Below are positions 1-11,282 of a stretch of DNA of 64,000 nucleotides, in pieces. How positions within the stretch are numbered: position 1 is the first letter of the stretch; each line of letters begins with the position of its first letter. Source of the stretch: Octopus sinensis. Taxonomy: Eukaryota. The position numbers and the translations under genes were made by a program. The stretch spans positions 149,482,001 through 149,546,000 of the forward strand of contig NC_042997.1 in assembly GCF_006345805.1 (NCBI RefSeq). Reading direction: 5' to 3'. The notes under the pieces are model-generated. The model saw nothing but the letters and a program-made list of their open reading frames with translations. It had not been told where the DNA came from and did no database searches.

Positions 1-105
1 AACATATTCACTACGCCGATCACGAATTATCTTGACCTGATTCTATAAGGAAATTATTCAATAAATTTCTGTAGATAGATTCGTCTGTTACTACTAGCTC
101 TAGAA

Positions 106-109
<4 letters not shown>

Positions 110-177
<68 letters not shown>

Positions 178-213
178 CAACAATAATAATAATGATGATG
201 ATGATGATGATGA
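110..213. repeat. (AAT)n/(ATG)n microsatellite
   Basis: Directly visible trinucleotide runs; explains the poly-I/poly-Y ORFs at 20-251. Confidence 0.95.
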
Positions 214-440
214 TAAAAAGCAAAACAAAAGAAGAGTGCCATTGTCATCAAATTAACAATATTTTGACATCTCGTATGTCTTCCACAGGTTCAAAAATTA
301 AACGTATCAATCGACTTCATTTTGGTTATTATTTATAGGATCGAGGTAACTTTTCCAGAAGACATATAAGCAAAAAAAAAAGAAGAGTGCCATTGTCATG
401 AAGTGAACGATATTATCTTTTCGAAGAGTTACCTCGTTCC

Positions 441-485
<45 letters not shown>

Positions 486-715
486 TAATAAGGGGTATAT
501 GGGGTATTTGTTAGTGATAGGACTTCCGTTCACCATCCGTCGCATGCCAAGAGCATGGATGATGATCACTAGTTCACAACAAAATCTCAACTCTCACTTG
601 TGACTCCAAGGAGTCGGTTGTTTCTTTACTTCTTGTAATTCTGCCTTGATAGTCCCTATCCACATTGCATCCCTTTTATGCACCACATTGTTTCCCCATA
701 ATCCGCTCCAGAACT

Positions 716-973
716 CCCTATTCACCTGCGAACGTTTTACACCGCCTTCCACGACTATCAAATTCTTACAATTATGAGAATATTAACATGGCTCTTTTCA
801 AGGCAACCTCGCATTCAATTCTTACACCATTCAACGAGGGGTTAGGAACCCATTTACACGGCTTTCTATACACTTACAAATACATTCATTCGCCGTAAAC
901 TTATATCAACATCATAATTCAGTGCAATCATTAACAGTACTTTCAAGCAATTCAGCCCCGAGCAATTCTGCTA

Positions 974-1022
<49 letters not shown>

Positions 1023-1311
1023 ATATATATTATATATATATATATATATATACTAGCAGAATTGCTCGGGGCTGAATTGCTTGAAAGTACTGTTAATGAT
1101 TGCACTGAATTATGATGTTGATATAAGTTTACGGCGAATGAATGTATTTGTAAGTGTATAGAAAGCCGTGTAAATGGGTTCCTAACCCCTCGTTGAATGG
1201 TGTAAGAATTGAATGCGAGGTTGCCTTGAAAAGAGCCATGTTAATATTCTCATAATTGTAAGAATTTGATAGTCGTGGAAGGCGGTGTAAAACGTTCGCA
1301 GGTGAATAGGG
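716..1311. repeat. Perfect inverted repeat (259-bp arms 716-974 / 1053-1311) around a 78-bp (TA)n spacer; arms are a Helitron 3' end
   Basis: Arms are reverse complements (ORFs 665..898+ and 1129..1329- give the same peptide); each arm ends in CTAG facing the TA array. Confidence 0.95.
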
Positions 1312-2772
1312 TCTCTTCGTTTTCCACAAACGGCAGCGGATATGCTGTTACAAAATGCCCTATGAATGGCTGCCCTATGTAGGCAAGAGGGGAATGAAGC
1401 ATGGGTAAGTAAATATGGGTAATTTATAAAATATAGAACAATAGCATCTACTCACCATATGTCAGACCGGCAAGACTGTGATGGTACTGAATAGATAAAT
1501 CACAACACAGTGGTGGAGATGTTTTCATTGATGGGCGTTATGATTAAATTTGTTGTTGTATAAAATGATCTGTTGCTTAGTTTCGAAAGTGTATTTTGCA
1601 ATCGTGTTGTCGCTTATTTAAACTTTAACAGTGATAGTGTAGATGTAGGGGGTAGATGTGTCATGTACGTTGGATATAGAAGATGAGGCTGGTGGTTTGA
1701 TGATGAATGGATAGAAATAGAGGTGAGCGAAAGACAGGTGTTGGTTAAGTGTGAATTAATGTCATGAAACGCCTAAAATTGTAAATGCCATCATAAAAGA
1801 GAGTCGTATGTAAGTGAAATACTAACGTGTTCGAAAATGATGAAACGTAGTAATCCTATAAAACCTCCTTGTACACAATGTTTTTTGTTTTTCGTTGTGG
1901 AACGAATGCGAAAGCATCACTGTTGCTGCCGACACACGAGCAGGCAACATAACGCTAACCATGAGAGAAACATGGCTCTCCCAGGTGCAAGGAGGATGTG
2001 AGAAAATGCTGCTGATGTGATATTACATCGCATATGAGCACGCATATTGGTGTGAAGTTTGAGAGTCTTCACCAGTGGCCACAATGTGGATGACTTAAGA
2101 CACGCACTTACTGCATCAGTTCTAGTCCCTTTGGGAATAATGGGAAGTGTTTGTCGGAAGTCCCCTGAAATAAGAAGTGTTATGCCTCCCATGGGAGCTG
2201 AGAAGTGTTTGATGTCTCTGGGAGATCTATCTAGTGCCTCAAGAGCACCTCTGTGGGCCATCGTGCATTCATCCCAAACGATAAGCTTGCATCGTCTGAA
2301 GACTTCTGCCTGATCGGAGCTGTTACTGATGTTGCAAGTTGGTGTCTCAGTCTTCGCTAAGTCAAGCGGAAGCTTGAAAGTGGAGTGAGCTGTCCTGCCG
2401 CCTGGCAACAAAGTAGCCGCAATTCTAGATGATGCCACAGCTAGGGCAATGCCTTGTGTTCGCCTAATCTCAGCCAATATTAATTTGTTGAGAAAAGTTT
2501 TCCCAGTGCACCCAGGAGCGTCCAGGAAAAAAATTCCCCCCAGCTTTCTCCCGGACTGAATTAACAACGGAGTTGTAAGCGAACTTCTGTTCTGGAAGGA
2601 GCTTTGGCTCATTGTCGGCTATGTACTCGGCAAGCTCGTGAACATTAAAACATGTCCCACGCAGCAAAGGTGAAGACAGAGTGTTTATGCCTTCCCGGTT
2701 TGTTGAAGGTAGGCCATAGACCGGCAAGGCACTACCGCCCATATCACGTACAGTATCTTCGAACGTAGTTTG
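1053..2772 (-). mobile_element. Helitron 3' portion (helicase remnant, 3' UTR, CTAG terminus inserted in TA)
   Basis: RepHel helicase peptides at 1856-2772 followed by ~800 bp ending ...TCTGCTAG|T at 1053. Confidence 0.85.
1856..2772 (-). pseudogene. Helitron PIF1-family helicase remnant (frameshifted, internally deleted)
   Basis: Motifs DAPGCTGKT (Walker A), IVWDE (Walker B), GDFRQTLP, LHTNMRA; then C-terminal PCFSHG*RYVACSCVG...TKNIVYKEVL* (stop 1856-1858) in another frame; upstream GLP...LLPEQKFAY in ORF 2470..2742. Confidence 0.9.
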
Positions 2773-2798
2773 TTACCACACAGCCACACCTGCCCCTA
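2773..2798 (-). mobile_element. Truncated tRNA-SINE head
   Basis: Minus strand TAGGGGCAGGTGTGGCTGTGTGGTAA matches the SINE start AGGCGCAGGAGTGGCTGTGTGGTAA at 15691. Confidence 0.55.
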
Positions 2799-2849
2799 TG
2801 TATGTGTGTGTATGCCTGTGTGTGTATGGGTAGATATATTATGCATGTA

Positions 2850-2854
<5 letters not shown>

Positions 2855-2895
<41 letters not shown>

Positions 2896-3412
2896 TATTA
2901 CATGTACATCTATATATATAAACATCTACACATAAAATACAAAATACAAAGTTATATCTTGGTATCTCTAGTGATAACAATACTCAAAATATATAACAGC
3001 CTGGAATTGCAGGCCCGTCTCTTGCAATTTCGATCAATTGGATCTTGTCCTCCCTCTTGTATAGAAGTGTACGGCTGCAGCGAAATTCATTTTTGGACTT
3101 TCTTCTATCGAAGGCATTTTAACAAAAATGCTTCCGTATAAACGGTGAAAATATTGCCAATTTCCCCAAACAGGAACACAATTCAATTTTTAAACAATAA
3201 CCAAAGCCCCTTCTCCGAAAGGGGGAGGGTTACGGTTTACAATTATTTAACAAATGAAAAACAACAACGTTTCCCTGACGAGGAACCAACAAACGTGATT
3301 ACAATAGTCAAACAGTATTAATAATAACAACAAAACTTTTTAATTTATCTCCATTTATGTGAAACCACTTATTGAAGTTCAAGTCATTGATGCAATTTTA
3401 TACGAATTGCTA
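2855..3412 (-). mobile_element. Fragment of the non-autonomous Helitron family seen at 26385-27552
   Basis: 2860-3080 aligns (reverse complement) to ~27290-27512 and 3345-3412 to ~26890-26960. Confidence 0.75.
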
Positions 3413-3857
3413 ATACACACACACACATAATAAGGGTGAAAAATTGAATATAAATTTGATTAATATGAATTGAAAACCAGTGGTGTAGCATATAAGACCA
3501 TAGCGGATCTTCCTCAAGCAAAAAGGATGACCAGTATTAATGGCTCATCCCTGTTATATAAATACTTTCACTTTAATTGTTGCACATTTGCAAAGAGAAA
3601 GGATGAGAAAGTGTAGTGGTAATGGAAGGAGTAAAGCACTTGAAATGAGACAGGCAAATCGTAAAATATCGAGTTTTCTCGAATTTTCGCTTAATTGGGG
3701 GTCAAATTGAAAAAACTTTACATGCCATGACCCAATGGAATGTACTTGGAAAACTCATAGGTAAATTCCAATTGAATAAATTCTATATTGTACAATTGTA
3801 TAAAAAACGAACGATTTGGGAGGCAGAGAAAATCTGCCTTTTATCATAAGAGATATA

Positions 3858-3896
<39 letters not shown>

Positions 3897-3897
<1 letters not shown>

Positions 3898-4605
3898 TTT
3901 TCCCTTATATCTATGTGAGTTATTTTCTGAGTATGCATTGTCTGGAGACTTTTATTTGCAGTTGAAGAAATAGCCACATTTTTGGCTGCTATTTCTGAAA
4001 AGTTCGGTGTGTGGTAAAGTGAATTTTTTTACTTTACCATATTTTTATAAATTAATACTTCAAATATACCGTAAATGGTCTTTACATACCGAATACTGCT
4101 TGGTCGAATTTATTAACAATTAATTAATTCTACCCCCTTTTTTGATGACAATATAATGCTTTATCTCAAAGAATTTGAACTGCAGTTTTTACCTCTGTAG
4201 AAATGTAATGCTCTATGACTCACGTGGGTGGACAGGGAGAATAATAGATCTCATTCGTATTTTTGGATTCGCTAGTACTGGGTGTCTGGCATGGTTTGTC
4301 CGATGTTACAGATATCGGACGGGTATGTTTGATTCTTAGTATTTTCAAATCTAAATCAGAAGAAATCTCTGAGCTGATGAAGGAAAAGTGGCGTTTTACC
4401 CACAAATCCAGAAACAGACTGTCCTCGGGTATCGTATATGGATGTGATCTTTCATTGTTTTCCCTTATACCTATGTGAGTTATTTTCTGAGTATGCATTG
4501 TCTGGAGACTTTTATTTGCATTTGAAGAATAGCCAAATTTTTGGCTGCTATTTCTGAAAAGTTCGGTGTGTGGTAAAGTGAATTTTTTTACTTTACCATA
4601 TTTTT

Positions 4606-4612
<7 letters not shown>
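3897..4612 (+). mobile_element. Non-coding ~562-bp tandem unit (about 1.3 copies) with a hammerhead motif, between (TA)n arrays (family A; retrozyme/PLE pLTR-like)
   Basis: Direct repeat ~3897-4051 / ~4459-4612; HHR at 4368-4429; alignable with the 541-bp unit at 8294. Confidence 0.7.
4368..4429 (+). ncRNA. Type I hammerhead ribozyme motif (family A)
   Basis: Stem I TCTGAG/CTCGGG; core CTGATGA 4374-4380; stem II GGA..GTGG/CCAC..TCC (first position A-A mismatch); GAAA 4411-4414; stem III ACAG-A-CTGT; GUC cleavage site predicted after 4423. Confidence 0.7.
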
Positions 4613-4644
<32 letters not shown>

Positions 4645-5920
4645 TGTTTACTATTTCTTGATGATTTCATCTTGATACTACTATGTATTGATAATACTGT
4701 TTCCTATTTCTACAGAGATGTGAACCCTGTTGTTTGAAAATTAGCTGATGTTCTCATGTCTAAATATTTATGTATGTCGTGAAGAACGATATAATTTCCA
4801 TTACAATTCAAACTCTTAATTATCTGTTACACCATCTAAAGTTACAATAGTTTTAATGTTTCAGGTGTTTATTATTTTAAACAGAGCCATTCTAAATTAG
4901 ATATTTTATTTTATATTGCACACATTTGTTATGGTATGATTATAAATCTTCATCCTATACGCGTGTGTGTGTGTGCGTGTAAATACGTGCACACACACGC
5001 ACACACACTCACAAATATAAGTTCAATTAATATTTAAATTCTTGTTTATCATCTGTCGCAAATGTTATTATATAGGTAATGAATTGAAAGTCGTTATATG
5101 AAGCTAAATGCTAATTGCTATAATTCACTGTTTTCAATTATTCCTTCTAATTTCATGCGCTTTAAGCATTTTACGATGGACACCAAAATTTATATTGCGT
5201 TTATTATTCTCAATATCGACTTGTGTAACGGGATTATCATGCCACCATATCATTTGATATAAAGTATATGTAGGACCACATGATACATAAAGTCTCGTCG
5301 CTCAAATCCACTCAACTGCATGGCGCTTGAGGGAAATTAGCTGTTTGTAGTATCTAAATACACAGAAGACATTTTTAGTCTCAGCTATCGCTCTCATCTA
5401 CCCCTAATAACAGCAGTTACTGAGTCCTTGAAAAATGTTTACCAAGGCCATCATCGAACATTAAAATATGTTTTATCAGAACTTAAATTTTGTCGTCTTT
5501 AAAATTTATATAATTTGAAATATTGATTTCTATTGAATAGACACAGACCCAATTACATGACAGCCGTTTACCTTGGAGATGTTTTGATATTATTAATCAA
5601 TGTACCAACACAAATAAACATCCGGTGTTAAAAATAAGATGTATATTTGTAAGAAGGAAAGAACAAACGTAAAAAGAGTATAACGAGTTCATTCAATCGA
5701 CATTTGAATTGCATCGATTTAAAAAAAATGCTTCGGGTCAAAAGAAACATTTACGCTTCATTAAATATGCTTGTTACCACCTGTTAATTAAAGACAAATT
5801 CAGTCTGGATATATTTTTAATCACAAAGCTAAAATGACAGAAACATATATGAACACCAGTTTGAGATATATATTAAATTTTCTATATATTAATTTGTCCA
5901 GCGAAATAATCTATATTTCA

Positions 5921-5978
<58 letters not shown>

Positions 5979-6000
5979 ATACATACATACATACATACAT

Positions 6001-6066
<66 letters not shown>

Positions 6067-6496
6067 GTATCTATCTATCTATCTATCTATATTATATATA
6101 TATATACATAAATTATTAGAGAGTTATCCACTATGTGGATAACTCTAGTGCTAAAAATAGCTCCGAAGCAACCACAGAAGATCCGTTTCCAACTAGAATC
6201 AACACACATTAACTGAAGGAAAGTGAAATACAACGAATAAAATAGATTGACTCTATACAATTGTTTCATTACTAATGCAATATGTAGTTTTACTTACACT
6301 TGCATCCATAAATCTTCGGTAGAGTTTGTCAGAAATGCAATTAATTAGATCGATTCGGGCGTCAAAAACACGAGCGATCCAACCAATTACATTTTTAGTT
6401 ATGTCTCAAATTCCGCGCCAAAAGCATGCCTAGACTCCATTGGAAACGTATGCCGCATCAAATAAAATATTAACTGCCGCATGGTTAAATTTATAA

Positions 6497-6698
6497 AATT
6501 ATAAATGAGGGTGAAAAATCGATATTAATTTAATAATACCGTCAACTTAACACCAAGTGGCTTAGCACAAAAAACTCCGGAGAAAATACAAATTTATACA
6601 TAAATATTATTGTATTTTCTCCGGAGTTTTTTGTGCTAAGCCACTTGGTGTTAAATTGACGGTATTATTAATTAATATCGATTTTTCACCCTCATTTA

Positions 6699-6703
<5 letters not shown>
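6497..6703. repeat. Fold-back inverted repeat (arms 6497-6591 / 6610-6703) abutting (TA)n
   Basis: Reverse-complement arms with 1 substitution and 1 indel; GAGGGTGAAAAAT...CACCAAGTG resembles the family A/B units and 3427-3490. Confidence 0.9.
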
Positions 6704-6733
<30 letters not shown>

Positions 6734-7205
6734 CATTATTATATATATATACGTATGTATGTATGTATTATATATATATTATAATATATATTATATATAT
6801 ATGCACATACATACATACATACATACGTACATATATGTATATAATATATGTATATGTGTGTGTGTGTGTGTGTGCGTGTGTAAGGTTTCACCTCCACACA
6901 CGCCAGCTTAATTTAATTCGTCCTTAGTCGAAAGACACCTGTTATTTGTATTTGTATTTCTGTACCATTTATCCGTTTTTTTTCCGTCTTTGTTTTCTTA
7001 TACATTTGCTGCTTTCTTCCAAGGAATCTAGTGCTTTTAGATTAGTTTTTCCATGGGGCTGTCCAGATTGGAGCAATCTCGGGTATAACCAGCCGAAATT
7101 GCAAAAATAATCTGGAACACGACTGAGGAAAGAAAATTCCGGATGATCCGTCCTGGTTCTTCCTTGTCCCTTTTATGTATCGTCTAATTGTCTGGATGTT
7201 TTTTT

Positions 7206-8185
7206 AATAATAATAATAATGAAATTATTGTATATAGTGGTCAGGTGTACCACAACTAGTCAAAAGTACATATAAAGTATATGCAGTAATGTACAAATGT
7301 GTGGAAAGTGAACAGTGTATGAGCCAGATATATGCCTGCGTGTGTATGGACGGGAGAAAATCAGGTGTAGTGTTGGCGTATATCAGGAAGCATGGAGGTT
7401 TTGAAGGATGCAGTGCTCCGACAAATAACAACTGAACCCCGCAGTTTGTTCCATGCTTCAGCAACCCTTAACGTGAAAAACTGTTTCCGAAATTCATGGG
7501 AGATGGGCTGTTTTCTGACTTTGTAAACATGTCCATGGGTGTTAGACAGATGGAGTTTGAAAAGGTGCTCAGAGTTATTGTTTGTAAGATGGTTAATAAT
7601 TTTATGGGTGTCTGCCAAGTCAGCTGCCAGACGTCGGAGTTAAAAGGTATCCATGCCCAAGGAAGTAAGGCGTTCAGAATATGGCAAATGCCTGATGAAG
7701 GGCATTCTCTTGGTTGCACGTCGCTGAACGGCTTCCAGACGATTGATATCCTGGGCAAGATAGGGGTTCCAGACTGGTGATGCAGATTCCAGGTGAGGTC
7801 TTACCATAGCTGCATAAAGCCGCAGAGAGATAGCCGGAGAGCAGCTCACAAAGGACTTGGTGAGTGATGCCAAGACACCCTCAGCCTTCTTGACAATTTT
7901 AGCGATGTGCTTTGTCAAACGCAAATCGCTGTCGACAATAACGCCAAGAACAGATCCCTGTGATACACAAGTTGTCATTTCATAGGGTGAATAGTGTTGT
8001 CCTAGAACTGTGACAATCTCTTTTCGGCTGATGATAAAGGACTTCAACAAGTCAGCAAGTTATAGAGATCGTCTCTTACACCCATTGCAAAGAGTTTCAC
8101 CATAAGTTTTTTGTGTGGCACAGGATTAAAAGCCTTATCAAAGTCCAGTTAAACAACATCTGCCCAGGATCCGCGATTATTTTGT
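7206..8185 (-). mobile_element. CR1/L2-clade LINE 3' fragment (RT remnant with internal deletion, 3' UTR, (ATT)n tail)
   Basis: LDFDKAFNPVPHKKL, SQGSVLG fused to VIVDSDL, MVRPHLESASPVWNP, LEAVQRRATK, FFTLRVAEAWNKL; ATT tail at ~7206-7225. Confidence 0.9.
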
Positions 8186-8189
8186 TTTA

Positions 8190-8224
<35 letters not shown>

Positions 8225-8661
8225 CAACAATTGAGGGCAAAATTAATTAATTATTAATCAATTTCACCAAGTGTTCAGTATGCAAGGGACCATTAGCTGC
8301 TATTTCTAATGAGTTCAGTATGCGGCAAAGTAATTTATTTTACTAAGCCTTTTATATAATGTAATAATTTGAATTCGCCTTGAATGGTCCCTTTGCATAC
8401 TGAACACTTGGTGAAATTGATTAATAATTAATTAATTTTGCCCTCAATTGTTGAAATTATAATTAATCTCCCTCTGATTATGCTTCGGATTTTACCGAAA
8501 TAAGCATAGTGTTTGATGATTTTAACCCACGCTGGTGGAAAGGGGAGAACAGAGATTCTTCGCTTGCTTATTTGAATTTGTTGGCACTGTTAGTTACGAG
8601 CAGATCTTCGAAAGGGTATGTTCTTATTTTCAGTGTTTCCAAATCCAAACCAAGGAATTTC

Positions 8662-8712
8662 TGAGCTGATGATAGAAGTGTGTTTTGACTAATCTTGAAA
8701 CGTACGTTCTCA
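8662..8712 (+). ncRNA. Type I hammerhead ribozyme motif (family B, copy 1)
   Basis: Stem I TGAG/CTCA; CTGATGA 8666-8672; imperfect stem II AGA-AGT..ACT-AA-TCT (first position T-T); GAAA 8697-8700; palindromic stem III ACGTACGT; GUU site, cut predicted after 8708. Confidence 0.65.
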
Positions 8713-9200
8713 AATAACCTTAGCATTGATTTTTCGATGTCCTTACCCCCAAACTTTTGTGAGTTGAATTAAGCAACACTATATATGAGAGAGATTTTCT
8801 TTAAGTATTAGAAATAGCTTTTAAAAAAGTTTTTTAGCTGCTATTTCTAATGAGTTCAGTATGCGGCATAATTTATTTTACTAAGCCCTTTTATATATAA
8901 TGTAATAATTTGAATTCGCCTTGAATGGTCCCTTTGCATACTGAACACTTGGTGAAATTGATTAATAATTAATATTTTGCCCTCAATTGTTGAAATTATA
9001 ATTAATCTCCCTCTGATTAATGCTTCGGATTTTACCGAAATAAGCATAGTGTTTGATGATTTTAACCCACGCTGGTGGAAGGGGAGAACAGAGATTCTTC
9101 GCTTGCTTATTTGAATTTGTTGGCACTGTTAGTTACGAGCAGATCTTCGAAAGGGTATGTTCTTATTTTCAGTGTTTCCAAATCCAAACCAAGGAATTTC

Positions 9201-9252
9201 TGAGCTGATGATAGAAGTGTTGTTTTGACTAATCTTGAAACGTACGTTCTCA
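9201..9252 (+). ncRNA. Type I hammerhead ribozyme motif (family B, copy 2)
   Basis: Same fold as copy 1: CTGATGA 9205-9211, GAAA 9237-9240, ACGTACGT, cut predicted after 9248 (540 nt from copy 1). Confidence 0.65.
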
Positions 9253-9454
9253 AATAACCTTAGCATTTGATTTTTCGATGTCCTTACCCCCAAACTTTTG
9301 TGAGTTGAATTAAGCAAACACTATATATGAGAGAGATTTTCTTTAAGTATTAGAAATAGCTTTTAAAAAAGTTTTTAGCTGCTATTTCTAATGAGTTCAG
9401 TATGCGGCAAAGTAATTTATTTTACTAAGCCCTTTTATATAATATATATATATA

Positions 9455-9485
<31 letters not shown>

Positions 9486-9846
9486 ATATTACATATACAT
9501 ACACACACACACACACACACAGACCCACACCACCACACTCATATACATTTGTGTACGTATCCAAATAACATGGTGTCAAAACTGAGTCAATATACATCCC
9601 CTAAAGACTAATGCACCGGTTGCGTATAGAGCATAATTTTTGATATATTTTCCAAAGTTTTCTGCGTTCAGCATAGTGCATATATATATAGCAAATGAAT
9701 ATATAGCAACTTTACCATCTGTCTCAGACTGGTGTTCATATATGTTTCTGTCATTTTAGCTTTGTGATTAAAAATATATCCAGACTGAATTTGTCTATAC
9801 ATACATACATATATATATATATCTTTTCACACACACACACACCTAT

Positions 9847-9898
<52 letters not shown>

Positions 9899-10156
9899 CA
9901 TATAATATATGTGTGTATGTGTTTGAGTGTGTGTATGTATATTACATATATATACATGTTTGTGTGGGGTATATGTGTGTATACACATAAGATAGTAATA
10001 TATGTAACTCCGACGAGTATTGAGTGCTTTGTTCTTTCGTTTATCCACGTCACCATGCATTTATATATAGTAACTAGCAGAGATTATCGGCGTTACTCGG
10101 GATTAAAATGGTATAGTCCGTGTATATATATATATATTACAGTTTTCCTGAAACAG

Positions 10157-10203
10157 GTGATACGTGAAAGAAAGTACAACATTGAGGACAAAGCATTTAT
10201 GGA
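10157..10203 (+). CDS. Candidate 47-nt internal coding exon (VIRERKYNIEDKAFM[E/D]); product unknown
   Basis: Acceptor TTTTCCTGAAACAG, donor GTAAGT; only the phase-0 frame is open. No homolog recognised. Confidence 0.35.
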
Positions 10204-10961
10204 GTAAGTCATTATCCGGTTCCACTAAGCGACATGCAATGCGTCTGTCTGGAGGATTCCATGCCCTAAACTATTAATAAACAATGGAAGTGGTGAGTAT
10301 GCAAGTTTTGAACCCACCGAAATCTGTCAGTGGCTATACTCGCCTTTGAGGTGGTCAGCGCTGCGTCCCACACGATCCATCGCACGGGTGACACTCAAAT
10401 GAATGGAGATGTAATGGAGATATTGTACGTAAATGGGTACATTCTGGAAATGGGCTGCAATGGGAGACAGCAACGGGGAAATGAACTTTTGACATGTTGC
10501 AGCAGGGGAAGTCTTGACACTGGATTGCTTGTGTGTCTGTAGAAAAAGAACCTATGCAGTCTCATGAGAATATGTGTTAATGAATATGCCAGCAAGGAAA
10601 GCGGACGGTAAACTATGATGATTATGATGATGAGGAGGAGGAGGAAAACTACTACGACGACGAGGAGGAGGATGAAGCAAATGAACAAAATAGAAGTCAC
10701 TGACAAACATCGTACTGCAACTGAGAAAGTAACAGTTCAGGATATATGTGTGTTTCTGTATATACGTATGTATGTATGTATTTGAGCATTTACGTATGTA
10801 AGTGTGTAGATGTATCTGCATGTGTGTGTATGTGTATGTACATGTAAATGTATGTATTTATGTAGTGACGTGAATGTCTGTTCAAGTAGAAAATACAACT
10901 GTTACTTCGTCGAAGTATACATACACACACACTCACGCATATATATATATATATATTATAT

Positions 10962-10997
<36 letters not shown>

Positions 10998-11192
10998 GAT
11001 AGATCGTTAGCTACTACACGCATTTTTTTCTCTCCTTGTTTTTTCTGTGTATCTTTCTGTCGAAGAGCGTGGGATCGAACGTAAAAGACTTTTTCTATTC
11101 CTGAGCGCTATATTATACATTTGTTTGTTTGTACTCCACCTGCCTTCGTCTTTTGTGTATTTTCGTAAACTTTCCCTTCATATATATATACC

Positions 11193-11227
<35 letters not shown>

Positions 11228-11236
11228 ATATATATA

Positions 11237-11282
<46 letters not shown>

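Larger units (their letters stand above)
8218..9443 (+). mobile_element. Tandem array of a 541-bp non-coding unit (8294-8834, 8835-9375, partial 9376-9443) with an inverted leader (8218-8294), flanked by (TA)n (family B; retrozyme/PLE pLTR-like)
   Basis: TAGCTGCTATTTCTAATGAG recurs at 8294, 8835 and 9376; 8218-8294 is the reverse complement of ~8383-8462; one HHR per unit. Confidence 0.8.

Noticed and set aside
4716-4771. Exon-like segment with good acceptor and GTATGT donor
   Set aside because: Stops in all three frames; could be a UTR exon but there is no support.
5176-5262. Signal-peptide-like short ORF MDTKIYIAFIILNIDLCNG...
   Set aside because: Stops after 28 codons with no convincing donor site or homolog.
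7040-7150. Hairpin-GAAA...CTGAGGA in the repeat at 6880-7205
   Set aside because: No CUGANGA before the hairpin and no stem II pairing for a type II permutation; not an HHR as it stands.
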